This document shows positions 10,736 to 21,280 of a stretch of 64,000 nucleotides of DNA, in pieces. The notes beneath the pieces are model-generated. The model worked only from the letters and a program-made list of their open reading frames with translations. It did no database searches and was not told where the DNA came from. The position numbers were made by a program, and so were the translations under genes. How positions within the stretch are numbered: the first letter of the stretch is position 1; the number at the start of each line of letters is the position of its first letter. Location: NCBI GenBank assembly GCA_900617105.1, contig UYFQ01000001.1, positions 2,914,001 through 2,978,000 of the forward strand, in the 5' to 3' direction. Source of the DNA: Hydrurus foetidus (taxonomy: Eukaryota).

Positions 10736-12277
10736 GTGAGTTTATCTATTGTGCTGAGCCGTGCGTTACTGGGTTTGGCAGCCCACCCCGTGTGCGTTGA
10801 GGTTCACTTGGCCAACGGGCTGCCGAGTTTTACGCTGGTCGGGTTGGCTGAAACTGAAGTCAAAGAAGCCAGAGAGCGGGTACGCTCGGCAATTCAAAAC
10901 TCGGGGTTGGAGTTTCCGGGCAACAAACGCATTACCGTTAATTTAGCGCCAGCCGACTTGCCCAAAGATTCTGGCCGATTCGACCTGCCGATTGCCCTCG
11001 GTATTTTGGCTGCCAGCGGCCAGCTCGACGCCAAAAAGATGTTGGGCTACGAGTTTGCGGGCGAGTTGTCTTTGGGTGGTGATGTGCGGCCGGTTCGCGG
11101 TGCGCTGGCCATGAGCATGGCGCTGGCCACTCAGGCTACCGCATCTAAGGGCGAAACACCGCGGTTGGTGCTGCCCGAAGGCAGTGCGCAAGAAGCTGCG
11201 CTGGTGCCCGGCGCCAAGGTGTACCGCGCGCTGCATTTGCTGGACGTGGTGCGCCAGTTTTTACCTGGCGACGCAATGCCAGACGATTTGCCAGGCTGGC
11301 AACGCATTGAGCCCAGCCCGCGCGAATTACCCGTCGGCTATGCCGACATGGCTGACGTTAAAGGCCAGGCGGCAGCACGGCGCGCGCTTGAAATTGCGGC
11401 AGCGGGCGGCCACAGCGTGCTGATGGTGGGCGCGCCCGGCTCGGGCAAATCGATGTTGGCGCAACGCTTTGCCGGCCTGTTGCCCATCATGAGCACGGAA
11501 GAGGCACTTGAAAGCGCGGCCATCGCATCATTAACCGGGCGCTTTGACATGGCGCGCTGGGGCCAGCGGCCCACTTGCTCGCCGCACCACACGGCCAGCG
11601 CTGTAGCGTTGGTGGGTGGCGGGTCTCCACCGCGGCCAGGCGAAATATCGCTTGCACACCGCGGCGTTTTATTTTTAGACGAGCTGCCAGAATTTCCCCG
11701 CGCCGCGCTTGAAGCGCTGCGCGAGCCGCTGGAGTCCGGCACCATCACCATTTCACGCGCAGCGCACCGCGCTGAATTCCCTTCGCGTTTTCAGTTAATC
11801 GCCGCGATGAATCCTTGCCCCTGCGGCTATTTGGGCTCCGCCTTGCGAAGTTGCCGCTGCTCACCCGATCAAGTTGCCCGCTACCAAGGCAAATTAAGCG
11901 GCCCGCTGCTCGACCGCATTGACCTGCACATCGAAGTAGGCGCACTGGCCGCAGATGAATTGATCAACACCCCGCCGGGCGAAAGTACCGAGGCGATTCG
12001 GCTGCGGGTGGCCAGCGCGAGAGAACGCGCCATGACTCGGCAAGGCCACGCCAACCAGGCATTGAATGGGCAAGCCATTGACGAGCAATGCAAACTTGAC
12101 GCAGCAACAGCCAAGTTTTTAAACCTGGCTGCTACGCGCTTGGGCTGGTCGGGCCGCAGCATTCACCGCTGCTTGAAAGTGGCGCGCACTATTTCTGATT
12201 TAACTGGCGCTCAAAATGTGCAACTGACTCACGTGGCAGAAGCCATTCAGTACCGCCGAGCTCTAAAAAGCCATTGA
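10736..12277 (+). CDS. YifB/ComM Mg-chelatase-like AAA+ ATPase
   Basis: RITVNLAPADLPK, GAPGSGKS, PGEISLAHRGVLFLDELPEF, MNPCPCG. Confidence 0.95.
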   Translation: MSLSIVLSRALLGLAAHPVCVEVHLANGLPSFTLVGLAETEVKEARERVRSAIQNSGLEFPGNKRITVNLAPADLPKDSGRFDLPIALGILAASGQLDAKKMLGYEFAGELSLGGDVRPVRGALAMSMALATQATASKGETPRLVLPEGSAQEAALVPGAKVYRALHLLDVVRQFLPGDAMPDDLPGWQRIEPSPRELPVGYADMADVKGQAAARRALEIAAAGGHSVLMVGAPGSGKSMLAQRFAGLLPIMSTEEALESAAIASLTGRFDMARWGQRPTCSPHHTASAVALVGGGSPPRPGEISLAHRGVLFLDELPEFPRAALEALREPLESGTITISRAAHRAEFPSRFQLIAAMNPCPCGYLGSALRSCRCSPDQVARYQGKLSGPLLDRIDLHIEVGALAADELINTPPGESTEAIRLRVASARERAMTRQGHANQALNGQAIDEQCKLDAATAKFLNLAATRLGWSGRSIHRCLKVARTISDLTGAQNVQLTHVAEAIQYRRALKSH

Positions 12278-12303
12278 GCCCGCTTTAAGCGGGCAACTCG
12301 TTT

Positions 12304-13143
12304 TTAATAATTGGGTTGCTGGTTTTGTTGCTGCGGCAAGCGAGTGCGCTGTATGACTGGGGCTGGTGCGTTGTACACAGCGCCCTCGTTTCCTCCGCCA
12401 TTGCCGCGAATGGTGGATCCATCCACCGTCACTTTGCTGCCCACGCTGGGCGGCTGCGCAACTTCAATTGTGCGGCGCGAGCCATCGTCCATGCGCACGC
12501 CGACTTGGTAAACCGTTTCCTTGCGCACATTGCGCTCAATGGCGTTGCCTGCAAAGCCGCCGCCTACCGCACCGATGATGGTGGCAGCAATGCGGCCATT
12601 GCCGCGGCCCACTTGATTACCCAACACAGCGCCAGCCACACCGCCAGCAACTGCGCCCACACCGGGGCCATCAGGCTTGGTGGTGCGCTGAACCGCCGTT
12701 ACCGACTCTACCGAGCCGCACGTTGCGCACACTTGCATCACAACAGGTGTGGGTGCGGGGTTTACTGAAGGTGCAGGTGCCGTGCCTGCATAACTTGGCG
12801 CGGGCGCAGGTCGCGGCGCGGCTTTGACTACTTTTTTGGCGGGCGCAGGGGCTGGTTTTGCAGGCGCGGCAACCGGCTTTTCGCTCAGGTCATCGGCAAC
12901 GCCAATAGAAGCGGAACTGGCAGCGGCCAAGGGCAACGCTGCGGCTGGCGCAACCAATGCCACGGGTGCAAGCGGGGAAAGAGGGGCGACAGGCGAACGT
13001 GCGCCTTGTTGATAAAGCATGGTGCCGCCCATGGCCAGCACAGCGGCCCCCAGCAGGCCAACGGCTGCCCATAAAGGTTTAGCGGCGGTTGAACCAGATT
13101 GACCGGTTTGGCCAGGTTGCAAAACGTCAACAGCTGTAGTCAT
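12304..13143 (-). CDS. Glycine-zipper 2TM domain protein
   Basis: TM helix, Pro/Ala linker, CATCG, GAVAGGVAGAVLGNQVGRGNG, YQVGVRMDDG. Confidence 0.85.
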   Translation of the reverse strand: MTTAVDVLQPGQTGQSGSTAAKPLWAAVGLLGAAVLAMGGTMLYQQGARSPVAPLSPLAPVALVAPAAALPLAAASSASIGVADDLSEKPVAAPAKPAPAPAKKVVKAAPRPAPAPSYAGTAPAPSVNPAPTPVVMQVCATCGSVESVTAVQRTTKPDGPGVGAVAGGVAGAVLGNQVGRGNGRIAATIIGAVGGGFAGNAIERNVRKETVYQVGVRMDDGSRRTIEVAQPPSVGSKVTVDGSTIRGNGGGNEGAVYNAPAPVIQRTRLPQQQNQQPNY

Positions 13144-13311
13144 GGCGAGCGCCCTTCCGAGTTAGTGATGAGCTTTCAACGCCCCACACCGACCAAAAGA
13201 ACACAGCCAACGCGCAGTGAGGCGTAAAGTCCCGTGTCATTTTGTAAAACGGATGCGCAAAGTTTCACTGCCGCGTTGGCGAGGTTCACCAAGCCAACGC
13301 CACCCCCAAGG

Positions 13312-16161
13312 TTACAAATTAGGCGCCAACAAACGCGACAGCGCTTCGGCTTCTTCGCCGCGCCGCTTGGCCAAGTCTTGCAACTGATCGTCACCAATTT
13401 TGCCGACGTTAAAGTAAGTGCCGTCGGGGTGGCTGAGCATAAAACCGCTCACGCTGGCTGCTGGGGTCATGGCCAGACTTTCAGTCAAGGCCATGCCTAT
13501 GTCGGCCGCGCCCAGCAATTCAAACATGTCCTTTTTGGCGCTGTGATCAGGGCACGCGGGGTAACCCGGTGCCGGGCGAATGCCTTGGTATTTTTCGCCG
13601 ATCATTTCGTCAACGCTCAATGACTCCAGCGGCGCGTAACCCCACAGGTCTTGCCGCACGCGGTGGTGCAAGCACTCAGCGAACGCTTCGGCCAAACGGT
13701 CGGCCAGCGCCTTGAGCATGATGGACGAATAGTCGTCGTTGTCGTCTTGAAAATACTTCTCTTTTTTCTCAGCGCCTAATCCGGCAGTTACTGCAAAAAC
13801 ACCGATGTAGTCGTTGATTTGAGCTGTTTTAGCGCTTTTTTCAGTATCAATTTGACCGTTAGCCGAATGAGTACGGGCGCGAGCAGCTATTAAATCAGGA
13901 GTGATTGTTTTGGGCGCCACAAAGTCAGCCAGGCAACGGCTGGGCCGCATGACGCCTTCGATGGCTGATTTTTCACTTTGCTGACGAAGGCCAAACCAGG
14001 TCATGGCGACCTCTTGGCGGGTTTCGTCTGTGTAAATTTCAATGTCATCACCCACGCTGTTGGCGGGGTACAAACCGACCACCGCGCTGGCAGTTAGCCA
14101 CCGGCCTTCAATCAATCGGTTCAACATGCGTTTGGCGTCTGCGTACACGCGCACCGCCTCTGTGCCCACCACTTCGTCTTTCAAAATCTCAGGAAACGGC
14201 CCGGCCAAATCCCAGGTTTGAAAGAACGGGCCCCAATCTATAAACTTGGCCAGCTCGGCCAAATCAAAGTTTTTAAACACGCGGCGGCCAATAAATTTAG
14301 GCACGGGAGGCGTGTAGCCTGACCAGTCCACCACGGTAGCGTTGGCTCGCGCTTTGGCCAGTGGCCAAATAGGCGTTTGCTTTTTATTGGCATGCAACTG
14401 GCGCACGTTGTTGTAGTCAAGGTTCAGCTCGTCGATGTACTTGGCAGCGTTGTCAGAAAGCAAACTTTGCGCTACGCTCACGCTGCGGGATGCGTCAGGC
14501 ACATAGACCACCGGGCCTTCGTAATGCGGCGCAATTTTTACCGCTGTGTGCACCCGCGAACAAGTCGCGCCACCAATCAACAGCGGTATTTTCTTGATGC
14601 GAAAGTGATCGTCTTTTTGCATTTCTGCGGCGACGTATTGCATTTCTTCCAGGCTGGGCGTGATCAAGCCGCTCAGACCGACAATGTCTGCGCCTTCTAC
14701 TTTGGCGCGCGCCAAAATCTCGTGGCAAGGCACCATCACGCCCATGTTGACGACTTCAAAGTTATTGCATTGCAGCACCACAGTGACAATGTTTTTACCA
14801 ATGTCGTGTACGTCGCCTTTAACGGTGGCGATGATGATTTTTCCCTTGGTTTTAACGTCGCCGCCTGCGGCTTCGAGCAGCAGCTTTTCGGCTTCAATGT
14901 AGGGCAACAAATGCGCTACCGCCTGCTTCATCACCCGGGCGCTTTTAACCACTTGCGGCAAAAACATTTTGCCTTGGCCAAACAAATCGCCGACCACGTT
15001 CATGCCGTCCATCAGCGGGCCTTCAATCACGTGCAGTGGCCTGCCGCCGTCAGCTTCAATCAGCTTCCAGACTTCTTCCGTGTCGGGCACGATGTGTTCG
15101 TTAAAGCCGTGGACGAGGGCGTGCGACAAGCGGGCGCGCACGGGCAACGCGCGCCACTCGTTCTTTTTACTGTCGTCCTTGGCACCGCTTTTGGCGGTTT
15201 CAGCAACCTCGACCAGGCGCTCGCCCGCGTCTGGGCGGCGGTTCAAAACGACGTCTTCAACACGCTCTTTCAGTGTTGGCTCCAGGTCGTCGTACACGCC
15301 CATCATGCCGGCGTTGACAATGCCCATGTCCATGCCGGCCTTGATGGCGTGGTACAAAAATACGGTGTGAATCGCCTCGCGCACCGGGTCATTGCCGCGA
15401 AAGCTAAAGCTCACATTGCTGACGCCGCCAGACACCTTGGCGCCCGGCAAGTTGTCCTTGATCCAGCGCGTGGCGTTAATAAAGTCGACCGCGTAGTTGT
15501 TGTGCTCTTCAATGCCGGTGGCAATGGCAAAAATGTTCGGGTCAAAAATAATGTCTTCTGGCGGAAAGCCCAACTCGTCAACCAGCACCCGGTAAGCGCG
15601 CTCGCAAATTTCGACCTTGCGCTCGTAGGTGTCGGCCTGACCTTTTTCGTCAAACGCCATCACCACGGCGGCTGCGCCGTAACGCTTGAGCAACTTGGCT
15701 TGCTGCTTGAAAAGCTCAACGCCTTCTTTCATTGAGATCGAATTAACAATGCCCTTGCCCTGAATGCAGCGCAGCCCGGCCTCAATCACGCTCCATTTGG
15801 AGCTGTCGATCATGATGGGCACGCGTGAAATGTCGGGCTCGCTGGCAATCAGGTTCAAAAACCGCACCATGGCGGCTTGGCTGTCGAGCATGGCCTCGTC
15901 CATGTTGATGTCGATGATCTGCGCTCCGTTTTCAACTTGCTGGCGCGCCACTGCCAGCGCGGCTTCGAAGTCGCCGTTCAATATCATGCGGGCAAAAGCT
16001 TTAGAGCCTGTGACATTGGTGCGCTCGCCAATGTTCACAAACAAGCTTCCCGTGCCAATATTGACGGGCTCCAGGCCCGACAGCTTCATTGCCGGTACTC
16101 TGCTGACGACAGCAGGTGAATCGGACTGAATATTTTTCGTGGGGTTATTTTTGACGGACAT
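13312..16161 (-). CDS. metH: Cobalamin-dependent methionine synthase: pterin-binding, B12-binding and activation domains (split gene)
   Basis: [34 protein letters not shown]; start placed at ATG 16161 (AAGGTGAG upstream) because the longer ORF overlaps the riboswitch. Confidence 0.95.
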   Translation of the reverse strand: MSVKNNPTKNIQSDSPAVVSRVPAMKLSGLEPVNIGTGSLFVNIGERTNVTGSKAFARMILNGDFEAALAVARQQVENGAQIIDINMDEAMLDSQAAMVRFLNLIASEPDISRVPIMIDSSKWSVIEAGLRCIQGKGIVNSISMKEGVELFKQQAKLLKRYGAAAVVMAFDEKGQADTYERKVEICERAYRVLVDELGFPPEDIIFDPNIFAIATGIEEHNNYAVDFINATRWIKDNLPGAKVSGGVSNVSFSFRGNDPVREAIHTVFLYHAIKAGMDMGIVNAGMMGVYDDLEPTLKERVEDVVLNRRPDAGERLVEVAETAKSGAKDDSKKNEWRALPVRARLSHALVHGFNEHIVPDTEEVWKLIEADGGRPLHVIEGPLMDGMNVVGDLFGQGKMFLPQVVKSARVMKQAVAHLLPYIEAEKLLLEAAGGDVKTKGKIIIATVKGDVHDIGKNIVTVVLQCNNFEVVNMGVMVPCHEILARAKVEGADIVGLSGLITPSLEEMQYVAAEMQKDDHFRIKKIPLLIGGATCSRVHTAVKIAPHYEGPVVYVPDASRSVSVAQSLLSDNAAKYIDELNLDYNNVRQLHANKKQTPIWPLAKARANATVVDWSGYTPPVPKFIGRRVFKNFDLAELAKFIDWGPFFQTWDLAGPFPEILKDEVVGTEAVRVYADAKRMLNRLIEGRWLTASAVVGLYPANSVGDDIEIYTDETRQEVAMTWFGLRQQSEKSAIEGVMRPSRCLADFVAPKTITPDLIAARARTHSANGQIDTEKSAKTAQINDYIGVFAVTAGLGAEKKEKYFQDDNDDYSSIMLKALADRLAEAFAECLHHRVRQDLWGYAPLESLSVDEMIGEKYQGIRPAPGYPACPDHSAKKDMFELLGAADIGMALTESLAMTPAASVSGFMLSHPDGTYFNVGKIGDDQLQDLAKRRGEEAEALSRLLAPNL

Positions 16162-16183
16162 ACAACTCACCTTGGTAGCAGAA

Positions 16184-16272
16184 GGTGAGCGTCGTTGCAA
16201 CCGGTGCCGGGCAGTTGGGCACACGTCACTCAAGCCTCGCAGGGTTTAGCCCCTGTTGCAACGCTCCTTGAG
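16184..16272 (-). ncRNA. SAH riboswitch
   Basis: Minus strand CTCAAGGAGCGTTGCAAC...AGGCTTGAG...CAACGACGCTCACC fits the SAH riboswitch pattern (P1 plus GAGCG/CGCTC pairing), directly 5' of metH. Confidence 0.85.
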
Positions 16273-16349
16273 TTACTATTATTTTAGACGCAACATGAAA
16301 AATGCGCTGCTGTATGTGTTCGCACGACTCCAACCGAATAAAAACAATC

Positions 16350-16958
16350 ATGCTCAACAAACTATTTGGCTCCCGAAAACCTGCTGTCGGCACGGCACCC
16401 GAGCTGATGAACCCCAAAGAGCGGATGCGGGCTATTGAGGGCTCAAGCACCGCCGAGCTGGCCGCCGAGCTGCTGATTGCACCCACCGCGTTGATGCAAT
16501 TGTCTGCAGATGACGCGCTGGTAGTCGTCAGCTACATGATGCCGATGAAAATTCCGATGGGCACGATGTTTATCAAGGAAGGCGACGAGACCGACACCGG
16601 CTACATGCTGTTGCTGCTCGAAGGCGAAGTCACGGTAGAGAACATCGTGGTCAGCCGCACAACGCCTGTCACAGTAACGGTTTTAGGGCCGGGTAGCCTG
16701 ATAGGTGAAATGGGTCTGGTCGACGGCCAGGCGCGCCAAGCGTCGTGCACCGCCAGCATGGACTCGCGCTGCGCAGTCTTGTCACGAAAAGCGCTGGAAA
16801 AACTCAGCGAAGAAGATCCCCGCACCGCAGCCAAGCTGATGCTCGCGGTGTCACTGCGGATTGCCGAGCGGCTGCGCGACACCGCCGACAAGCTCAGGAT
16901 GTACAGCCAGCTGGTGCAAGCCATGCAGCAGGAAATTGACCATTTGATGCCTACGTAG
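16350..16958 (+). CDS. Stand-alone cyclic-nucleotide-binding (Crp-type cNMP) domain protein
   Basis: FIKEGD, LLLEGEV, LGPGSLIGEMGLVDGQARQASC; no C-terminal HTH. Confidence 0.88.
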   Translation: MLNKLFGSRKPAVGTAPELMNPKERMRAIEGSSTAELAAELLIAPTALMQLSADDALVVVSYMMPMKIPMGTMFIKEGDETDTGYMLLLLEGEVTVENIVVSRTTPVTVTVLGPGSLIGEMGLVDGQARQASCTASMDSRCAVLSRKALEKLSEEDPRTAAKLMLAVSLRIAERLRDTADKLRMYSQLVQAMQQEIDHLMPT

Positions 16959-17154
16959 GCCCCCACGGTGGATATGGCCCCCACGGTTGCTCACTTCGTG
17001 TAGCGCCCTGCACCTTGCAGGCCGCCGCTCGCCAGAGGCTTCGCTTCTGTCGCCTGTCCGAACCTGCTCAGGCAGGTTCGGAGCCGCAGGCTCCAGCCCC
17101 GAGGGGGCCGCTGCGCCTGCGGTCTGGCAAAGCCAGTCCCGCGGCCCCGGCTTG
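16958..17154. repeat. Palindromic interspersed repeat (family B), intergenic copy with an internal insert
   Basis: 17097-17148 is the reverse complement of part of the recQ insert; 16976-17002 resembles its other end. Confidence 0.85.
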
Positions 17155-17174
17155 AGAAGACTCCGCCCAAGCTT

Positions 17175-18221
17175 CTAAGCCGCTTCTTTGTAGAAAACTC
17201 CAGAATTTAAGCCCCGCCGTGCCACTGGCCCGACAGCCTGCGCAATTGCCTGAATATGCTCTGGCGTAGTGCCGCAGCAGCCGCCCACAATGTTTACCAG
17301 CCCGTCAGCCGCAAACTCATGCAGCAGGCGAGACGTAACGTCGGGCGTTTCATCAAAGCCGGTGTCGCTCATCGGGTTGGGCAAGCCTGCATTGGGGTAG
17401 CAGCTGATAAACGTGTCGCCCGCCACGCGCGCCAGCTCTTGTATGTAGGGGCGCATCAGCGTAGCGCCGAGCGCGCAATTCAGGCCCACTGCCAGCGGCT
17501 GAGCGTGGCGCACGCTGTGCCAAAACGCGGTGACGGTTTGGCCGCTCAAAATGCGGCCGGACGCGTCGGTTACGGTGCCGCTAATGATGAGCGGCAAGCG
17601 CTCGCCTGAATTGTCAAAGTACTCGTCAATGGCAAACAGCGCTGCTTTGGCATTGAGCGTGTCAAAAATGGTTTCGACCAGCAGCACGTCGCTGCCGCCC
17701 TTGACCAGCGCCTCGGTTTGCTCGTAATACGCTTTGCGCAGCTCTTCAAAACTGGTGTTGCGCGCGCCGGGGTCGTTGACGTCGGGGCTGATGCTGGCGG
17801 TTTTGGGGGTGGGGCCAAGCGTGCCCACCACGAATCGCGGCTTGTCTGGTGTGGAGTATTTGTCGCACGCCGCGCGGGCAATGCGGGCTGACTCGACATT
17901 CATTTCTATGGCAAATTCAGCCATGTCGTAGTCGGCCTGGGCAACGGTTGTGGCGCCAAAGGTATTGGTTTCAATCATGTCAGCGCCTGCAGCCAGGTAC
18001 TTTTCATGAATGTCGGCAATCACGTCTGGCCGGGTAAGGCTGAGCAGCTCGTTGTTGCCTTTGACGTCTTTGTGAAAGTCTTTGAACCTTTCCCCCCGAT
18101 ATTGCGCTTCATTTAACTTGAAGCGTTGAATCATCGTGCCCATTGCGCCGTCAAGAATGGCGATGCGTTTGGCAAGAATGTCGGGGAGCTGTTGGCCGCG
18201 GGTGTAGGTGATGGCGTTCAT
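17175..18221 (-). CDS. metH: Methionine synthase homocysteine-binding domain (split metH, N-terminal part)
   Basis: [42 protein letters not shown]. Confidence 0.95.
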   Translation of the reverse strand: MNAITYTRGQQLPDILAKRIAILDGAMGTMIQRFKLNEAQYRGERFKDFHKDVKGNNELLSLTRPDVIADIHEKYLAAGADMIETNTFGATTVAQADYDMAEFAIEMNVESARIARAACDKYSTPDKPRFVVGTLGPTPKTASISPDVNDPGARNTSFEELRKAYYEQTEALVKGGSDVLLVETIFDTLNAKAALFAIDEYFDNSGERLPLIISGTVTDASGRILSGQTVTAFWHSVRHAQPLAVGLNCALGATLMRPYIQELARVAGDTFISCYPNAGLPNPMSDTGFDETPDVTSRLLHEFAADGLVNIVGGCCGTTPEHIQAIAQAVGPVARRGLNSGVFYKEAA

Positions 18222-18319
18222 ATCTTGATTTTAAGGTTGGCAATTGCTTTCATGGCGGCAAGCAGTTTATTAGGGACTTACAAGCCTGATAATTCAAACA
18301 ACTTTGGAGCCCCAACGCC

Positions 18320-21190
18320 TTGCCAGCAGACATCACCCCCTACCAGTCCCAATACTTCGCGTGGCTTTTGTCGCGCCGCATGGGGGCTGATTCCGCAGAC
18401 ATGCTGGCAGCCACATTGGTAGATGCGCAGGTCGACCTGAACCCACATCAGGTTGATGCAGCGCTCTTTGCCTTTGAAAGCCCCTTGTCAAAGGGGGTCA
18501 TCCTGGCTGATGAAGTCGGCTTGGGCAAAACCATTGAGGCGGGGCTTGTCATTGCACAGCGCTGGGCTGAACGCAAGCGGCGCATTCTCATCATCGCTCC
18601 CGCCAACCTACGCAAGCAATGGCACCAAGAATTGCAAGACAAGTTCAGCCTGCAAGCGCTGATTCTGGAGGCCAAAAGCTATAGCCAGCAACGTAAGTCA
18701 GGCCATAAACAGCCCTTCGACCAAAGTTCTAACCAAAGCAACCGAGTCATCATTTGCTCCTACCAGTTTGCCAAGTCAAAGGCCGATGACCTAAAGCTCG
18801 TGCCGTGGGACCTGGTGGTCATGGACGAAGCCCACCGCCTGCGTAACGTGTACAAGCCCGGCAACGTGATTGGCAAGGCGCTGAAAGATGCGCTGGCCCA
18901 CGCGCCCAAGGTGCTGCTGACCGCCACCCCGCTGCAAAACTCACTGCTAGAGCTTTATGGTCTGGTCAGCATGGTTGATGACCGCGTGTTTGGCGATCTG
19001 GCTAGCTTTCGCGACCAGTTTGGGGCCTTGGGCAACGCCGATACCTTTGCCAAGCTGCGTGCCCGTCTGGCCACCGTTTGTAAACGCACCTTGCGCCGCC
19101 AGGTGCAGCCCTACATCTCGTACACCAAGCGCATTCCGCTGGTGCAAGAGTTCACGCCGTCGGCTGAAGAGCAGGCCCTGCATCTGGCCGTGGCAGAGTA
19201 TTTGCGTCGCCCCATCAGCCACGCCCTGCCAACCGGCCAGCGCCAACTCATATCACTTGTGCTGTGGAAGCTGCTCGCCTCAAGCAGCTACGCCATTGCA
19301 GGCGCTTTGGGCACCATGGCGCAACGCCTTGAAGACAAACTCGAAGCCCAGCCAGCGCCAGACCTGGCGGAAAGCCTCGACGAAGATTACGAAGCGCTGG
19401 ATGAAACACAGGAAGAATGGACTGAGCCAGACGCGCCACCGCCAGCAGAGCAACTCGCCAGCGTGGCTGAAGAAATGGCCGAGCTGCGTGAATTTCAACG
19501 CCAGGCAGTCACCATACGAGACAACGCCAAAGGGCAAGCGCTTCTGCAAGCTTTAGGCAGAGCCTTTGCTGAACTGCAAAAGCTGGGCGCCAACCAAAAG
19601 GCGCTGATCTTTACCGAATCAAAACGTACCGCGGCCTATTTGCTTGAATTGCTTGAAAACAGTAATTACGCCGGGCAAACCGTCTTGTTCAACGGCACCA
19701 ACAGCGGCGAGCAGGCCAAGGCAATCTATACCGCCTGGGCGCTCCGCCATGCGGGTACAGACCACGTCACTGGCTCACGTACGGCAGACACCCGCGCCGC
19801 GCTTGTCGAGCACTTTCGGGATACCGCCCGCATCATGATTGCCACCGAGGCAGGTGCTGAGGGTATCAATTTGCAGTTTTGCTCGCTGGTCATTAACTAT
19901 GACCTGCCCTGGAACCCCCAGCGCATTGAGCAACGCATTGGCCGCTGCCACCGCTACGGGCAAAAGCATGACGTGGTGGTCGTTAACTTTATTGACCGAA
20001 GCAACGCCGCCGACAGGCGTGTGTACGAATTGCTGGCGCAAAAGTTTCAGTTATTTGAAGGCGTGTTTGGTGCCAGCGACGAAGTGCTGGGCGCAGTAGG
20101 TAGTGGCGTGGACTTTGAACGCCGCATTGCAGAAATCTACCAAACCTGCCGCGACCCGCTGCAAATTGAAACCTCCTTCAAGCAACTGCAGCTGGACCTG
20201 TCCGGTGAAATCAACACCGCCATGCTCAAAACCCGCCAACTGCTGCTGGAGAATTTTGACGAGGCAGTGCAAGACAAGCTCAAACTGCGTCAGGCCGAAA
20301 GCACCAGCGCCCGCAGCAGGTTTGAGCATCTGTTGATGGCGCTGACGCGCATTGAGCTGCAAGGCAAGGCTGTGTTTGATGACGAGGGCTTTACGCTGGC
20401 AAGTACGCCCGCAGGTATATCGCCAGATGATGCCCCGCCAGGCAGGTACGAGCTACCGCGCCGCAGCGGTGACGCACATTTGTACCGTACAGGCCACCCC
20501 CTCGCCCAGGCGCTGATAGAGCAGGCGAAAAGCCGCAAGCTACCCGCCGCCAAGCTGTGCTTTAGCTATGAAAGCCATGGCAGCAAGATTTCAACACTCG
20601 AAGCACTGCGCGGCCAAAGCGGCTGGCTGGCACTCAGCGTTTTGTCAATTGAAGCGCTGGGCACCACTGAAGACTATTTGCTGATGGCTGGCATGACGGA
20701 TGCTGGCGTCGCGCTGCATGATGAAGACCCTGAAAAACTGCTTCGCCTGCCTGCCCAGGCGTTCACGTCACCCGCGCACCAGGTACGCGAGCCCGGTGCG
20801 CTCGAGCAAACACTCAAACGCCTTGAAAACCAGCACATTCGCGAGGTCAACAAACGTAACCTTGGCTATTTTGAAGCCGAGGTGCAAAAGCTCGACGCTT
20901 GGGCTGACGACCTGAAATTTGGCCTGGAGCATGAAGTCAAGGAACTGGACCGCGAGATCAAGGACGTGCGGCGCACCGCTGCCGTATCAGCCACGCTGGA
21001 AGAAAAGTTGCAGTGGCAAAAGCGCCAACGCGAACTGGAAGACAGGCGTAACCAGTTGCGGCGCAAGATATTTGAGCGGCAGGATGAGATTGATGGGCAG
21101 CGCAATAGTCTGATTGAAGAACTTGAAGCAAAGCTTAGTCGCACCATGCAAACTACCGACATATTCACGGTTCAGTGGAGTCTTCAATGA
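18320..21190 (+). CDS. SNF2-family helicase associated with a type III-like RM system
   Basis: ILADEVGLGKT, DEAH, LTATP, EGINLQ, WNPQRIEQRIGRCHR; C-terminal coiled coil. Confidence 0.92.
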   Translation: MPADITPYQSQYFAWLLSRRMGADSADMLAATLVDAQVDLNPHQVDAALFAFESPLSKGVILADEVGLGKTIEAGLVIAQRWAERKRRILIIAPANLRKQWHQELQDKFSLQALILEAKSYSQQRKSGHKQPFDQSSNQSNRVIICSYQFAKSKADDLKLVPWDLVVMDEAHRLRNVYKPGNVIGKALKDALAHAPKVLLTATPLQNSLLELYGLVSMVDDRVFGDLASFRDQFGALGNADTFAKLRARLATVCKRTLRRQVQPYISYTKRIPLVQEFTPSAEEQALHLAVAEYLRRPISHALPTGQRQLISLVLWKLLASSSYAIAGALGTMAQRLEDKLEAQPAPDLAESLDEDYEALDETQEEWTEPDAPPPAEQLASVAEEMAELREFQRQAVTIRDNAKGQALLQALGRAFAELQKLGANQKALIFTESKRTAAYLLELLENSNYAGQTVLFNGTNSGEQAKAIYTAWALRHAGTDHVTGSRTADTRAALVEHFRDTARIMIATEAGAEGINLQFCSLVINYDLPWNPQRIEQRIGRCHRYGQKHDVVVVNFIDRSNAADRRVYELLAQKFQLFEGVFGASDEVLGAVGSGVDFERRIAEIYQTCRDPLQIETSFKQLQLDLSGEINTAMLKTRQLLLENFDEAVQDKLKLRQAESTSARSRFEHLLMALTRIELQGKAVFDDEGFTLASTPAGISPDDAPPGRYELPRRSGDAHLYRTGHPLAQALIEQAKSRKLPAAKLCFSYESHGSKISTLEALRGQSGWLALSVLSIEALGTTEDYLLMAGMTDAGVALHDEDPEKLLRLPAQAFTSPAHQVREPGALEQTLKRLENQHIREVNKRNLGYFEAEVQKLDAWADDLKFGLEHEVKELDREIKDVRRTAAVSATLEEKLQWQKRQRELEDRRNQLRRKIFERQDEIDGQRNSLIEELEAKLSRTMQTTDIFTVQWSLQ

Positions 21191-21280
21191 AAAACCGGGT
21201 CAGGAACGTCTGAGCACCGAAATCACTATTATTTGGAATGTAACTTTGATGAGAAATCCCATGCACTTTGGAGAAACTTC

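Noticed and set aside
14377..15735. 452-aa + strand ORF and many other long antisense ORFs
   Set aside because: Shadows of well-supported genes on the opposite strand in GC-rich DNA; no recognisable motifs
16162..16233. N-terminal extension of metH in the ORF track
   Set aside because: Overlaps the SAH riboswitch; ATG at 16161 has a better RBS
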